NCBI GenBank assembly: GCA_048772705.1
Contig: JBLWGC010000230.1
Location: 930,001 to 994,000 of the forward strand
From: Leidyana gryllorum EB-2025a
Taxonomy: Eukaryota; Protista; Apicomplexa
DNA length: 64,000 bases
Direction of reading: 5' to 3'
Part shown: in pieces, positions 10,364 through 21,297 of the stretch
Layout of the letters: each line of letters starts with the position of its first letter
How positions within the stretch are numbered: the stretch's first letter is position 1
Position numbers and translations under genes: made by a program
Notes under the pieces: model-generated
The model's input: only the letters and a program-made list of their open reading frames with translations
Told to the model about the DNA's origin: nothing
Databases searched by the model: none

Positions 10364-12655
10364 CTAATCCTCTTCTTCTTCGTCGTCTTCTTCTTGTTCA
10401 TACTCGTCGTCTTCTGCTTCTTCTTCTTCTTCTTCTTCGTCTTCTTCCTCCTCCTCTTCGTATTCCTCTTCCCCATCTTCACCCTCTTCTCCATCTTCCC
10501 CCTCTTCACCCTCCTCCTCATATTCCTCCTCTTCCTCCTCTTCTCCCTCTTCCTCCTCTTCTCCCTCTGCCTCCTCCTCTCCTTCCCCCTCCCTTTCTTG
10601 TTCGTCCTCTATGTGTTGAATGAATGTGAACCTCTGTTGGGGGATGAGAATGGCTACTTTGGCCTGCGGATCGTAATAGGCGATCCTGAGTGGGCGTTGA
10701 GATGGATTATAGGGGTGAGCGAAGCCGCTTTTGCGGGCGGTGCGGGGGTATATGTGCTGCGGATGATATTGTGGAGAGTCGGGGTCCCAGCCGTTGGAGA
10801 AGGAGCTCATTGGGACGTCAGATGGCTGTTCCATGAATGATCTGACGTATCGGCGTGACCTCTTTTTCAAGGTCTCCTCAAGGGCCTCTGCTTCCTGCAA
10901 GAGGCTGTAGAGGCGAAGCTCCCGACGCTCGATGCCGTCTCGGTTGGGATGACAATGAAAATCGGCTTCGCTGACAATCTGTTCATCGATGTCCCGACTG
11001 GTGACTTTGAGTGTCCAGGATTTATCAATATGCAGTGTTATCTTGGAGGGCATGGGGGTATTGGGCGCTTGAGTATCACCGAGAATTCGTGTTGCGTACT
11101 GATTGGTCAGGTTGCCCTCGATCACCTTTGGCATGTCTTGTGCGTCTGCTGGAATGCGGCAGGTGGCGGTGGCGGGCAGTACAGTGTTGGCGGGAATGAG
11201 CACCCCCACCCCTGTGAGCCCGAGACCAAAGGGGCAGTACCCCGGCGTTATGGACATTGTTTGCACATGGCCCTTGAGGACTGCCGTATACTGTGCCCCT
11301 CCCACGACAGCTGTAGAAATGGGTACAAAGCGTACCCTATCGTACGAGAGGTATGCTATGAAAGCCTCTCGGACACAATCGAATTTGGCCAGACGGTCAA
11401 AGACGACCAGTTTGGTAATCTGATGTATACCCAAGCCGCACTGCTTTAGTACAGTCTCAATTGGATTGAAGAGCCAATCCCGCTTGGTGCTCTCCAACAA
11501 CTCGGTGGCTTTGTCCCAGATCTCTGGTATTTTGTTCGGTTCGACCAGCATATTTGGGGGGGGAAGAACTTTCGGTTCGGTGGTCTCATGGTCGCTGTCA
11601 TCTTCTCGCTGGGCTAAAGCGAGCTCTCGTTGCCATTGACGGTCCTCGTCCAAAATGCGTATATACTCTGGCAATCCGGCTGGGATCAGACCCCGAAGCT
11701 CTAAGTCTCCACAGCCCGACTCCACCTTTACCACAACGCGACTCGTCTCGCTATCCCGTCTATTGACCACCTCCAGAACGGACACGCTCAGCGACTTTCG
11801 GGTCCGATGATAAACGAGAACGTGTTCGCAGAAGACCTCCCCATCGCCGCTCTCCTCCTCGACTTTGGCGGACGACGCGGGTGACAAGGAATGCCGCGAG
11901 GGCGACGACGGTGACTCTGTCGTCACCAAAGCTCCCGATATGGAGGTCGATATACTCAGAGACTCTCTCCAACGGAACCTTCGCTTCGAGTCTCCCTCTT
12001 CGCTGTCAGTCTCCTGTTCTTCTTTGACGGTCCGACCGGAGTCCATATCGTCGAAGTCAATGGGAAAAAGTCTCCGGGCGGCTTCTTGTTCGCGTCTCTC
12101 GTCCTTGACGACGACTGGCCATTGTGTTTTTCGAAGACTGCTATACAAAGGAGGGCCGGGGGTCACGATGGGGCGGGGATAGTTATTGTCTTTGATCAAC
12201 GGCATAGACCTTTCCTCATCGGTCGAGTAAAACTTTGCGCAAATGATGGCACGCATCACTTCGCTGATCCCAATCGCCGTGGCTCGGTGAACCAGTTGAA
12301 TGTCTTCCAGCCCATCCTCCCGAGCGCCGTAGAAGAAATCCAGGCGATCCCTGGCTGTCATGTGCCCAGAGTACACAATCATCACGCCTCCCTTCAACTC
12401 GGGCGCCCAGCCGGGTATTGAACGAGCTTTGGCTACCAGAGCTTTGAATACTGTCGTCGGGATACTCCGATGCGTTATATTGGCCAAATTGTCGCATCGG
12501 ATCTGCTCCACCTGTTCATGCTTCTGACACCACCGAGCGATTAAGCGGTACTCGCAATCGAAAACTATCACTCTCCCCCCACATTGAGCCGGAGGCGACG
12601 GGTACGAGGCCCTTCTGTTTGGCGCAGCGATACCTGTCTTCCCCCAGATGGGCAT
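10364..12655 (-). CDS. Highly divergent Hsp70-fold protein (pseudo-ATPase) with an acidic C-terminal tail
   Basis: Colinear Hsp70-like blocks: GGVMIVYSGHMTARDRLDFFYGAREDGLEDIQLVHRATAIGI; HVLVYHRTRKSLSVSVLEV; LFNPIETVLKQCGLGIHQITKLVVF; AVVGGAQYTAVLKG; CPFGLGL..GVLIPANTVLP. E/D tail of about 70 aa. Confidence 0.7.
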   Translation of the reverse strand: MPIWGKTGIAAPNRRASYPSPPAQCGGRVIVFDCEYRLIARWCQKHEQVEQIRCDNLANITHRSIPTTVFKALVAKARSIPGWAPELKGGVMIVYSGHMTARDRLDFFYGAREDGLEDIQLVHRATAIGISEVMRAIICAKFYSTDEERSMPLIKDNNYPRPIVTPGPPLYSSLRKTQWPVVVKDERREQEAARRLFPIDFDDMDSGRTVKEEQETDSEEGDSKRRFRWRESLSISTSISGALVTTESPSSPSRHSLSPASSAKVEEESGDGEVFCEHVLVYHRTRKSLSVSVLEVVNRRDSETSRVVVKVESGCGDLELRGLIPAGLPEYIRILDEDRQWQRELALAQREDDSDHETTEPKVLPPPNMLVEPNKIPEIWDKATELLESTKRDWLFNPIETVLKQCGLGIHQITKLVVFDRLAKFDCVREAFIAYLSYDRVRFVPISTAVVGGAQYTAVLKGHVQTMSITPGYCPFGLGLTGVGVLIPANTVLPATATCRIPADAQDMPKVIEGNLTNQYATRILGDTQAPNTPMPSKITLHIDKSWTLKVTSRDIDEQIVSEADFHCHPNRDGIERRELRLYSLLQEAEALEETLKKRSRRYVRSFMEQPSDVPMSSFSNGWDPDSPQYHPQHIYPRTARKSGFAHPYNPSQRPLRIAYYDPQAKVAILIPQQRFTFIQHIEDEQEREGEGEEEAEGEEEEEGEEEEEEEYEEEGEEGEDGEEGEDGEEEYEEEEEEDEEEEEEEAEDDEYEQEEDDEEEED

Positions 12656-13024
12656 CTCGGACGAGACACCAGACCAAAAAAAAACCTGCCACAGACTCTC
12701 CAGCTTTTGGAGCTAATAGATGAGACCCTGCTGCCGCTCCCTGACCAGACAGAGCTCTCTTTGTCGAAGTCTCTGCCAAAGGGTACAGAGGTGGAGTCTC
12801 ACTGTCTGTCAGACTCTCCACTACGGTTCGGTCACACTTTCATCAGGCACACATTCATGAGACATCTCTATTCAGCAGTCAGCCGCTGGAGTGTCAATCT
12901 GTCCGTGTCTGTCTGTCTGTCTGTCTGCTATCATTGGGCTCAACTCGTTAGCCTCGGCTCGCCGTCTCAAATACAATACTTAAGCGTTCGATGGTGGGAC
13001 AACAACAGTCAGTCATTTAGTTAG

Positions 13025-14149
13025 TTAGTTAAGTGGGTCATTTATGCATTGTATTGGGCCCCAGTACACTGCTCTATTCATATCAGACCCGACTAAACTC
13101 AAAAGTGAACTGGGGTTGTTCTTGAAACTCGCGGCTTCGAGCTGATGGTGTACCTGATTAGTAGCTGCCGAGCCGACCACTTCACCACCGAGAGGGTGAC
13201 AAAGGGAGAGACCTGGTAGAAAAGCGCGAGAGTGTTCTCGACAGGATCTGGTAGTAAGTGAATAGGAGGATTGCTGCTGTAAAACAGAGCCGATCCTCCT
13301 AGTTCCCCATTTGGTGGACGGTGTGTCCGGTCGCGAAGGCGGCAACAACACCTCTGCACCCCGAAAGTCAGATGGGTGACGTCTTTGTTCCCGTGCAGGC
13401 GGTGTCTTGAGAGGAGGCCCAGTCACGGGAACCCACTGCAATATTCCCCTGTATCTGCCAGAAGCCATAATGGTGGCACCAGTGATTGGCTGACAGTTAT
13501 TGACAGAGTTTCGCAGGATTTCAGTGGCGGTCTCCTCTCCAAAGTCTATTGGCTCTTCCCCGAGGCCCAGCACTAATAAGTCTGTGAGTAAGCCGGGGTG
13601 TGCCGAGGCGATATCTTTATAGGTAGTGACAGCAATCTTCTGAGGCGTGAGCGGAGCAGACACCTTGTGGCTTTGGTATTTCAGGAGCACTGGGGCGGTA
13701 GCCCCTCGCACCACTTTGAGGATTGCGGTGTTTATATGATCCCTCGCGGAGTGGATTGAGAGAACCACGCGCGTGGAAACCGCTGCCGCTGGAGACCCGA
13801 GAATTCGTTCTCCATGTAGAAAAGCAATCGCACAAGCCGCGGCGCTGTTGACGAAAGCCAGTCTATAAATATTACATCTGCGGGCGGCTCCAATCATTGC
13901 CATCCGTTCTTCTCCATCGGAGCAAACGACTACTATCTCCTCCGATGATGATTTACTCGATTCGTTGAGTGGAGCAGCTTGACAAAAGCCGCGCGCTCGT
14001 TGTATGGCGGACTCACAGGCATCAATTCCAAAACATCGTCCACCGAGTTGGGATATTTGTAACTTGGCGACTTGAACATCCCCATATATTTCGCGGTACC
14101 TCCCCACCACTTTATTATCAATGTCAATGCTCATCACATCCCCTCTCAT
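13025..14149 (-). CDS. Second divergent Hsp70-fold protein (NBD-like region only)
   Basis: GDVMSIDID; IVVVCSDGEERMAMIGAARRCNIYRLAFVNSAAACAIAF; VVLSIHSARDHINTAILKV; LTDLLVLG; PITGATIMAS. First ATG is at 14149 (the ORF track uses a TTG at 14212). Confidence 0.6.
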   Translation of the reverse strand: MRGDVMSIDIDNKVVGRYREIYGDVQVAKLQISQLGGRCFGIDACESAIQRARGFCQAAPLNESSKSSSEEIVVVCSDGEERMAMIGAARRCNIYRLAFVNSAAACAIAFLHGERILGSPAAAVSTRVVLSIHSARDHINTAILKVVRGATAPVLLKYQSHKVSAPLTPQKIAVTTYKDIASAHPGLLTDLLVLGLGEEPIDFGEETATEILRNSVNNCQPITGATIMASGRYRGILQWVPVTGPPLKTPPAREQRRHPSDFRGAEVLLPPSRPDTPSTKWGTRRIGSVLQQQSSYSLTTRSCREHSRAFLPGLSLCHPLGGEVVGSAATNQVHHQLEAASFKNNPSSLLSLVGSDMNRAVYWGPIQCINDPLN

Positions 14150-14790
14150 ACAGCGTTTCCACGACGGCTGGGCACCTCGCGAGAAAAAAACTCGAGTGCT
14201 AAATTTGAACAACGCGCAATATATTCAACTCGCAATCTTCAATTTATGCCACTTCACTCACAATAGCCGAGACTCACCACATAAGAATGCAAAGATCACA
14301 AACTTCGCGCGCGAAAAAGCACCGCACAGTCAGCGTGGCGACGCCATCATCAATAAATCTCCCCGCCCGCCACACTAAACGACATATCAGAGAAAGTTCA
14401 CATCACAGCCAGACAGATAATTCGCAAGAAAGGACACCCCAAAAAGCTCCACAATCATCACATCAGTCATTAAACCGCCTTCCACGCCGTCCAGTCACCG
14501 TTACACTCGTCGACTGAGACGGCCACATCAATCAAAGGGGGCCTGCGTGAGGGGGCCTAGATGTATTCATATATATATATATATGTAACTGACTCTAGCG
14601 CGAGTTTTGGTGCGTCAATAGTCAATAGTGGGCACAGACGACGGTCTTTTTGGTGAGTGCCATTTTGGTCGGCGATGAATAGAGAAAGAGGGGCCGGTCG
14701 GCCCTGCGAACCACAACAATTGGATAGCCAGTGCTGTTTTTAGGAGGAGAGTTGGAACACCGCATCAGCATAGAAAAGATTGGTAGTCAT

Positions 14791-15228
14791 TCAAGCAGAC
14801 TTGGCGACGATGCAACGAGCCCTCTGGACCTGGAAACGCTCGAAATCGTTGAGCTTTCTCTTGGCCTGGAACTTCTCGCGCTTCTGACCCCAGGGACTGT
14901 TCTTCCACTGAGTGATGGGGCACTCGGCTCCAGCAGCCTCCAAGGCCTGTTGGACGGCGTGGCTAGACGCACCCTTGGGAATATCGAGCTTGAAGTCGGT
15001 CAATTGGAGTCTCTTGAGAGTGATGACTCTACGGCTGACACCGGTGGTGGGGCCATCAACAACAACACGGTTGAGGTCAACAATGTCAGTGATGATGACG
15101 GGCTGCGAACGCAAGACAGAGTTGGAGGCCTCTCTCTCCACCGAAGCATAGCTTACCTTATCGAACTCCTGTCCGAAACGGACGATAGCCAAGCGGCCAA
15201 CCTCAACAAATCTCTTGAAGAGTGCCAT
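14791..15228 (-). CDS. RPL14: 60S ribosomal protein L14 (eL14); intron 15103-15156
   Basis: MALFKRFVEVGR...IVDLNRVVVDGP...LNDFERFQ. Confidence 0.95.
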   Translation of the reverse strand: MALFKRFVEVGRLAIVRFGQEFDKVSYASVEREASNSVLRSQPVIITDIVDLNRVVVDGPTTGVSRRVITLKRLQLTDFKLDIPKGASSHAVQQALEAAGAECPITQWKNSPWGQKREKFQAKRKLNDFERFQVQRARCIVAKSA

Positions 15229-15327
15229 CTCTTCCTCTCCTATTTCACTCGATAATTTTTTTCGGACGTCTTTGTGTTGGTGTTGTGTCCCGCCTAAGAG
15301 GAATAGGTCACAGAAGGCTTCTAGGAG

Positions 15328-17198
15328 ATGCCTAAAGACTCCGAAGGCTATGAGAAGGTCAGTGATCTTAAGTACCAACTCAAATCTTCCCGTTGCAGCT
15401 CCGTCTCCTGGGGCAATTGGCGGGAGACGACGTCCGCACCGTCACCGGAGCGGGCCATGTAGTTGAGCGACCCAACTGGGAGCACTTACAACAGACGGGA
15501 CAGATCACTGGGGAGACTGCTGCCCTCCTCACGCGTCTCGATCAGCTCCCTGCGGACCAGAAACGACAGGAACTCCAAGAGGTATGAGGCGTGGCATTGT
15601 GAACGACTTTTGTTGAACAGTCACGGCGGACCATTGATCACCTCGTTCGCGCAATCCTCACTATCGACCAAGACCACAATGCGGTCACCTACATCGTCTC
15701 TGGCCTAATTGATGCTTGCAAAAGTGTGTAAAGATGACTGGGCCGTCCCTCCTGTGGCTACACACTCACTTTATAGTGGATTCGGTATTGTGGGGGGTCC
15801 TTGCCCACTATGTCGCGGATGATGGCCTCACTCCCCACACGGCCTGTTACAAGTGGGTTCCGCTCCATCAATGGGTCATTTGTCCACCCACCCCTCGTCA
15901 GAGCACTTGAGCGTAACTGGCAGGATCCGATGACCAATGATGCCCTGGCTTTCCTGCTGTGTGGTCTGCAGAGGTAAAAGACTCGTCCTGCCTGACTCGT
16001 CACCCTCAACTCGATGACGCCACAGTCATCACCACGTTCTCCAGAACCACAAGAATCTCTGGAAGATCGTTGTAGATCCGTCAGTCCCGATCCGGCTGTC
16101 CCCGACCGGACGCTTGGCTGCCATCTCTAATTTGCTCAAAGATGGTGAGAGCCGCTCTCTCTCTCTCTGAATGATACAGCTTTCGCGGACAGACTCTTGT
16201 CGATGGGAGCTCTTCAGCCATTCCACTGTCCGAGGCCATATTGTCAACGGGTTTCTCAGTAAAACCCCGGGTGCGATGTATCACGCAACAGTCTCGTTCT
16301 GGTTAATGACTTTCCAGAGCGCGATAACTGCAGAGAACGGCCCAATGTGGCAACATCGCTCCATCCTCGACGCTTTCTGTGAGATGTTCACCACCTGTAA
16401 GAGGGAAAAGATTGTCCGGGTGGCCTGCTACGCCCTCAAGAATCTCGTCAACATTGAATGGGTCTTCGAAGTCTTCTTCCTGAAGAAGCTCGATCACGTG
16501 AGAAACAAAGTGTTTCCGTCCCACCTTCACTACCCACAGACTCTGACGCTGTTGGAATACGAAAAGTGGAGGGATCAGGAACTGTATGAAGCGATTCAGG
16601 AAATGATAAAGATATTCTACCAGCGCACACTGGTCTACAGCAACTTCAACCGGTATATAAAGGAGATCGACAGCGGTCGTCTCCGTCCAGGACCCCTCCA
16701 CACTGAGAAGTTCTGGCGCGAGAATGTCAAACACTTTGAGGACAACGAGTTCTCAGCCATCAAAAAGCTCTCGGCTCTCCTCCACTGCGACGACCCGGAG
16801 ACTCTGTCAGTCGCCGCATTCGATTTGGGCGAATTCTGCAGACTCCACCCCACTGGCAGACGGTGAGTCTCACTCAAACTGTCATCGATCGATCCATCGC
16901 CGCCCCACAGTCTGTTACAAAAGTTTGGTGCCAAAGATCAGGTTATCAAACTGATGAGTCACCCAAACAAGTAAGTTGGCGAGTGTCCCTCTCTAATTGT
17001 GGGCCGCGCCGCGCCCCATCTATGTATATTCATTCCTACACTTCTCATCTCATTACTTCACACACCGCGACTTGTGATCGTTGTCATAGAGAGGTGGCCC
17101 GAGAGGCGCTGCTGTGCACCCAGAAGTTCATGCTGGATGATTGGAGGAAGCTCGGCAACGACGCGCAAGAGAAGCACCAGAAGCAGGCCGTGGCTTAG
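15328..17198 (+). CDS. ATP6V1H: V-type ATPase V1 subunit H, multi-exon
   Basis: REKIVRV, PLHTEKFWREN, VAAFDLGEFCRLHPTGR, EVAREALLCTQKFM. Start MPKDSEGYEK followed by an intron. Confidence 0.9.
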
Positions 17199-17219
17199 CG
17201 GAACTGGTTCCACCAGCTA

Positions 17220-18417
17220 GCCACCCGATTGAGCACTGTATTGGAGTCTCGCACTCCCTGGTTCACCAGATTCAGATTAGAGTGGGCCCGGTCGATCCCT
17301 TCCCGCTGTTCAGCGAGCGCCATTAGGGTGTCAGTACCTGATACCCCATATCATCCCACTAACCGCACCCCCCTCACTCACCCATAATCTCCGAGGTTTG
17401 ACTCGCTTGCAGAATTCTGCTTAGACTCGACAAACCTGCACACAGAGAGTGAGCAACAGACAATGGGGGAAAGACAGCTTACCATCTGCCATCATCTGAG
17501 ACTCTCGGAGAGCCTGTTCGGCTTCTGGATTGAGGTCGTTCGATCGGGGGGCTGATTGGACTCCAGTGCGGCTCAGAACCTCATGCGGATCCTCCGTTGG
17601 CCGCATCGACAGAGCAAAGCTCCTCTCAATCAAATCAGCCCGCCGACGCAGGTCGTACACTTCGGTTCTGTCAGCGCGTAGTGATGGCGGCACACACATC
17701 AACACACTCGTTTCGATCGTCGTCAACTCGTCTGGGAAAGCGAGCGGGGATGGCGGGAGATCAACAAATGGGAAGAAGCTCACCTCGCATAGCCTTCATA
17801 TTCTGCTTGAAAACGGCTTCGTCGCGGGGCCGCTTGGGTGTCTTGGCAACGAGGGTTTCACACTCCTTGGCATGTTGCCGAAACTCGGCCAAATGCAGGT
17901 CATAGAGTAGCATTTCCACTTTGGCTCAACCGCTCCGTTGGATCAGATTTGAGGAGAGAGAAAGACGTCTGTCGGGGTCCAGTTGATGCAGCGGCTTCTT
18001 GAAGTGCTTATAGTTGAGTATATTGGGGGGAATGAATGTGGTAAAGTCGGTACTCCGGAAGGTCGCCGCCGTGGGAGCCGGGGCAGCAGCGGTGGTCGTT
18101 GAGCTCTGCGACTGCCGTAAATGCTCTCTCTTGGGGTCTACGTACCAACCGTCAGCACCTCGAAATACAGCACCAACAGCTTCACCGACTTGAGGATGAG
18201 ACTGGTTCTCGGGCTCAGGGTGCAAAAGTGAAGGTATCGGTGTCGAGATGGACGGCGGAGAGTCGTCTAGGTCGATGGACAGGGGTGGGGGTCTATTTGG
18301 CTCCTCTTCAATAGGCTTGGTGGGAAGGTCGGGGCTCGGAGCGAGAAGTTGGGAGAGGCTGGCAGGTAAGGGCCTCTGATTCCGCCTTAACTTCTCAAGT
18401 AGGGATGTTTTCTTCAT
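17220..18417 (-). CDS. Hypothetical protein, multi-exon
   Basis: ORFs 17926-18417 and 17421-17783 plus an intervening exon with GT-AG borders. No family recognised; 3' end approximate. Confidence 0.45.
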
Positions 18418-18441
18418 TGAATTTTATATAGTCGAAGAGGT

Positions 18442-20538
18442 ATGAGCTCAACGACGGTTGTGAGGGGCGTCGACACCCTGCCATGGGTAGGCTTCCAGCC
18501 TTGATTGCGTGTGTGTGTGTTCAAGGTGGAGTTGATGTAGGTGGAGAAGTACCGTCCGTCTTCTATGGACGGCATTCTTGGCCATGAAGAGGCCGTCAAG
18601 ACGAGTGGGTCTCAGTGTTACGTGTCGGATCGGATGGATTTTGATGATCAGTACGCAGCTTTATCAAAAAGGGAGAGCTGCCCCATATACTCTTGCACGG
18701 CCCGCCTGGTGAGGATCGTGTGCGTAGTTTGACAGACCCTTTCGACTCCACATGTGGGTGCTGCGCTTGCTTGCTCCCTCACGCCCACACTCCAACTATG
18801 AACTATTGAATGCTGGTATATATTGGACTGCTGGTTGTAGGGACGGGGAAGACAAGTTTGGTTCAAGCCTTGGCTCGGGTAGGAGGGGGAACAATACTGC
18901 TTCTTCCCACTCGTATAGGCACTGTATGGGTGTAACCGCAAACATATGGTATTGGAGCTCAACGCCTCTGACGCAAGAGGCATTGACGTTGTGCGCACAC
19001 AAATCCGAACGTTCGCCGAATCGCGACCACCCCTCTTCCTCAAGACTACCCCACCCAAAAGCACAGACCGAGTACATACTAAGGAGAACCATTCTCCCCC
19101 GAATACTGCCGTTCCTGCGCAGATCTCTCCCACCCCCTCCGAGGCTGCCAAACCGCCCGCCAAACCACCGGTGGAGTAAGTAGCCGGCCAAGGGGACCGG
19201 TTGCATATGTATCGATCGCTTCTGTCTGCAGTCTTCGAAGTTTCTTCACCAAGAAGCCGACAACTTCTTCGGCGAGTCAAACCAATGTGGTCACTCCGGC
19301 TCCATCGCCCACCGGACCGGCGTCAACAGGGGCGCCAGCAAACCTAACTCGGCCCGCTAGCCAGCCTGACCCACACAGAGCCGCTGCTGAGACTATATCC
19401 ATACCCGGTACGTCGCCTCGCGGTGCTCCTGTCACGTCAATTGCTCCAGATGATTTGGATATTGGCCTCGAGGGGGTCAGTGAGCACATCCGCAAGCTGA
19501 AGCTCGTGGTGTTGGACGAAGTTGACCAGATGACCGCCGCAGCACAGACAGCTCTGAGACGAAGTGAGTCAAACAAAGCCTCCCTCACTCATTCGTATTC
19601 AGTTATGGAACTGTACGCGGGTAATGTCCGATTCTTTCTAATGTGCAATGACGTGGGAAGAATCAATCCGCCCATCCAGTCTCGTTGTACAAAGTGAGAT
19701 CACCACAAACGAGCCCGCCCCCGTTGCGAGCGACCACACGCTGCAGATTCCGCTTCTCCCCGCTGCCCCGAGCAGCGATCGAGGCCAAGTTGAATCAGGT
19801 TATTGAAAGTGAAGGGTGAGTGTGACGAGATCTGCCGTCATTGATTCTTCATGGACACACTTTAGACTACGGATCGATCATTGTGCTCGGGAGTTGATAT
19901 TGAAATTAGGTGAGACCTGCGGTGGTTTTGTGTTCGGTATGTTCTGCTGCTCGGACTCGCAGCCCGTGGAGATTTCAGGAAGCTGTTGAACACGCTGCAG
20001 GCCACGGCAATGGGGTTCAGCGGGCAAATGATCAACGAAACGATGGTGCTCAAGACCGCTGGGCTGCCGTCTCGCCAGGATGTGGTGGGGCTGATGGAGA
20101 CATTGAGTTCGAAACCCTTTCATATTGCTGTCGACGGTGAGATCGCGCCGATACCCATCGACCTCATCTTCACTATTTATGTGTCAGAATTGAACAGATT
20201 CTTACGGTCGAATGGGTACTCACTGGAAGACGTACTGCAGGGGATTTATGAAATGGCGGTGGAAATCGAATGGCCCAATCTGACAGCACTGACTCTCTTT
20301 CCTCGCTTAGGCGACATTGAGTAAGTCATCGTTCGGGGGCGGGCTGCTAAAGGACGGACGTTTTAGATTGAATCTGACCGCGGGAGCCGACCAGGGCATC
20401 CAGGTGGCTGCCCTGGTGGCTGCGTTTGCGGAAGTCAAAGTTCTTTTAGGGAGGACTTCTGTAGGCATGAAGCTCCCTGAAATGTTGCAACGCGCACTGA
20501 CTAAAGCACAGGACGATGCGATGATCGACGTTATGTGA
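18442..20538 (+). CDS. Replication factor C small subunit (RFC5/Rfc3-like), multi-exon, with a long insertion
   Basis: LPWVEKYRP, spliced GPPG/TGKT Walker A, LELNASDARGIDVVR, VVLDEVDQMT, IQSRCTKFRF, GDFRKLLNTLQ. Confidence 0.9.
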
Positions 20539-20580
20539 TACCCAATTTGGGTGTAAACTTTTCGTGATTTGTGTACCAGG

Positions 20581-21270
20581 ATGCGTGACGCTATGAAGAA
20601 CATAGATGCAAAGAAAGTCCTGGAATTCGGACAACAATGGGGGGCAGAGTTGCGTCATCTCCAGAACCTCCTGGAAGGTCCCACTCCCCTTCGTACTGCC
20701 TCTGGACTCGGTAGGCGGACACTGCACTACTCGCTCTGTCCCATACATCAGATCAGTGGGGTTCGCGCTGGCTGCCGGGACTCTCTTCTCTCTTAGACAC
20801 ATCATCGGCCACATGACCGACCCTCCAGTTCTGGTCCTCAAGGCATACACCATGTAAGTGCGACCCTCTTAATGACTCTGCGGCTGCTTGCCAATGACTT
20901 CGGCTACCCCCATTGCCCCCTCTCCCCTTTCAATCGATCGCTGAGTTGCAGTTTATTCGGAATGGTGATCTTCGCTAATGAATTGAAGAGCGGTGCCTCG
21001 GAACGGTTGGAGTCTGTGAGGCAATTCACCTTCAAGTACTTCCCCTTCTTGTCAGTTATGGCTGGCAAAGGTTTGTTTATGGTATTCGTGGGATCGATCG
21101 GCCTCGCCTTCCACCATGAAATTGAGGTTACGATCCCCGCTATCTGTGTTGCAGCTGTGGGATTGGCTTATCTATTCACCCACATCGCCAAGCGAGATGA
21201 AGTTGGACCCGCTATCGAGCGGTCTATGAATCTTCACGCAGCCAGCTGCTATGAGCCCCTACGTCCCTGA
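20581..21270 (+). CDS. COPI-associated / Tvp15-like Golgi membrane protein
   Basis: Multi-TM protein with the YFPFL..MAGKGLFMVFVG motif; two probable introns. Confidence 0.7.
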
Positions 21271-21297
21271 GTGACTCCACTTTTTTGTTCCCACCAA

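Noticed and set aside
19021-19500. Intein in the RFC subunit
   Set aside because: The insert is low-complexity and interrupted by a spliceosomal intron; it lacks C/S-start, HN-end and homing-endonuclease motifs.
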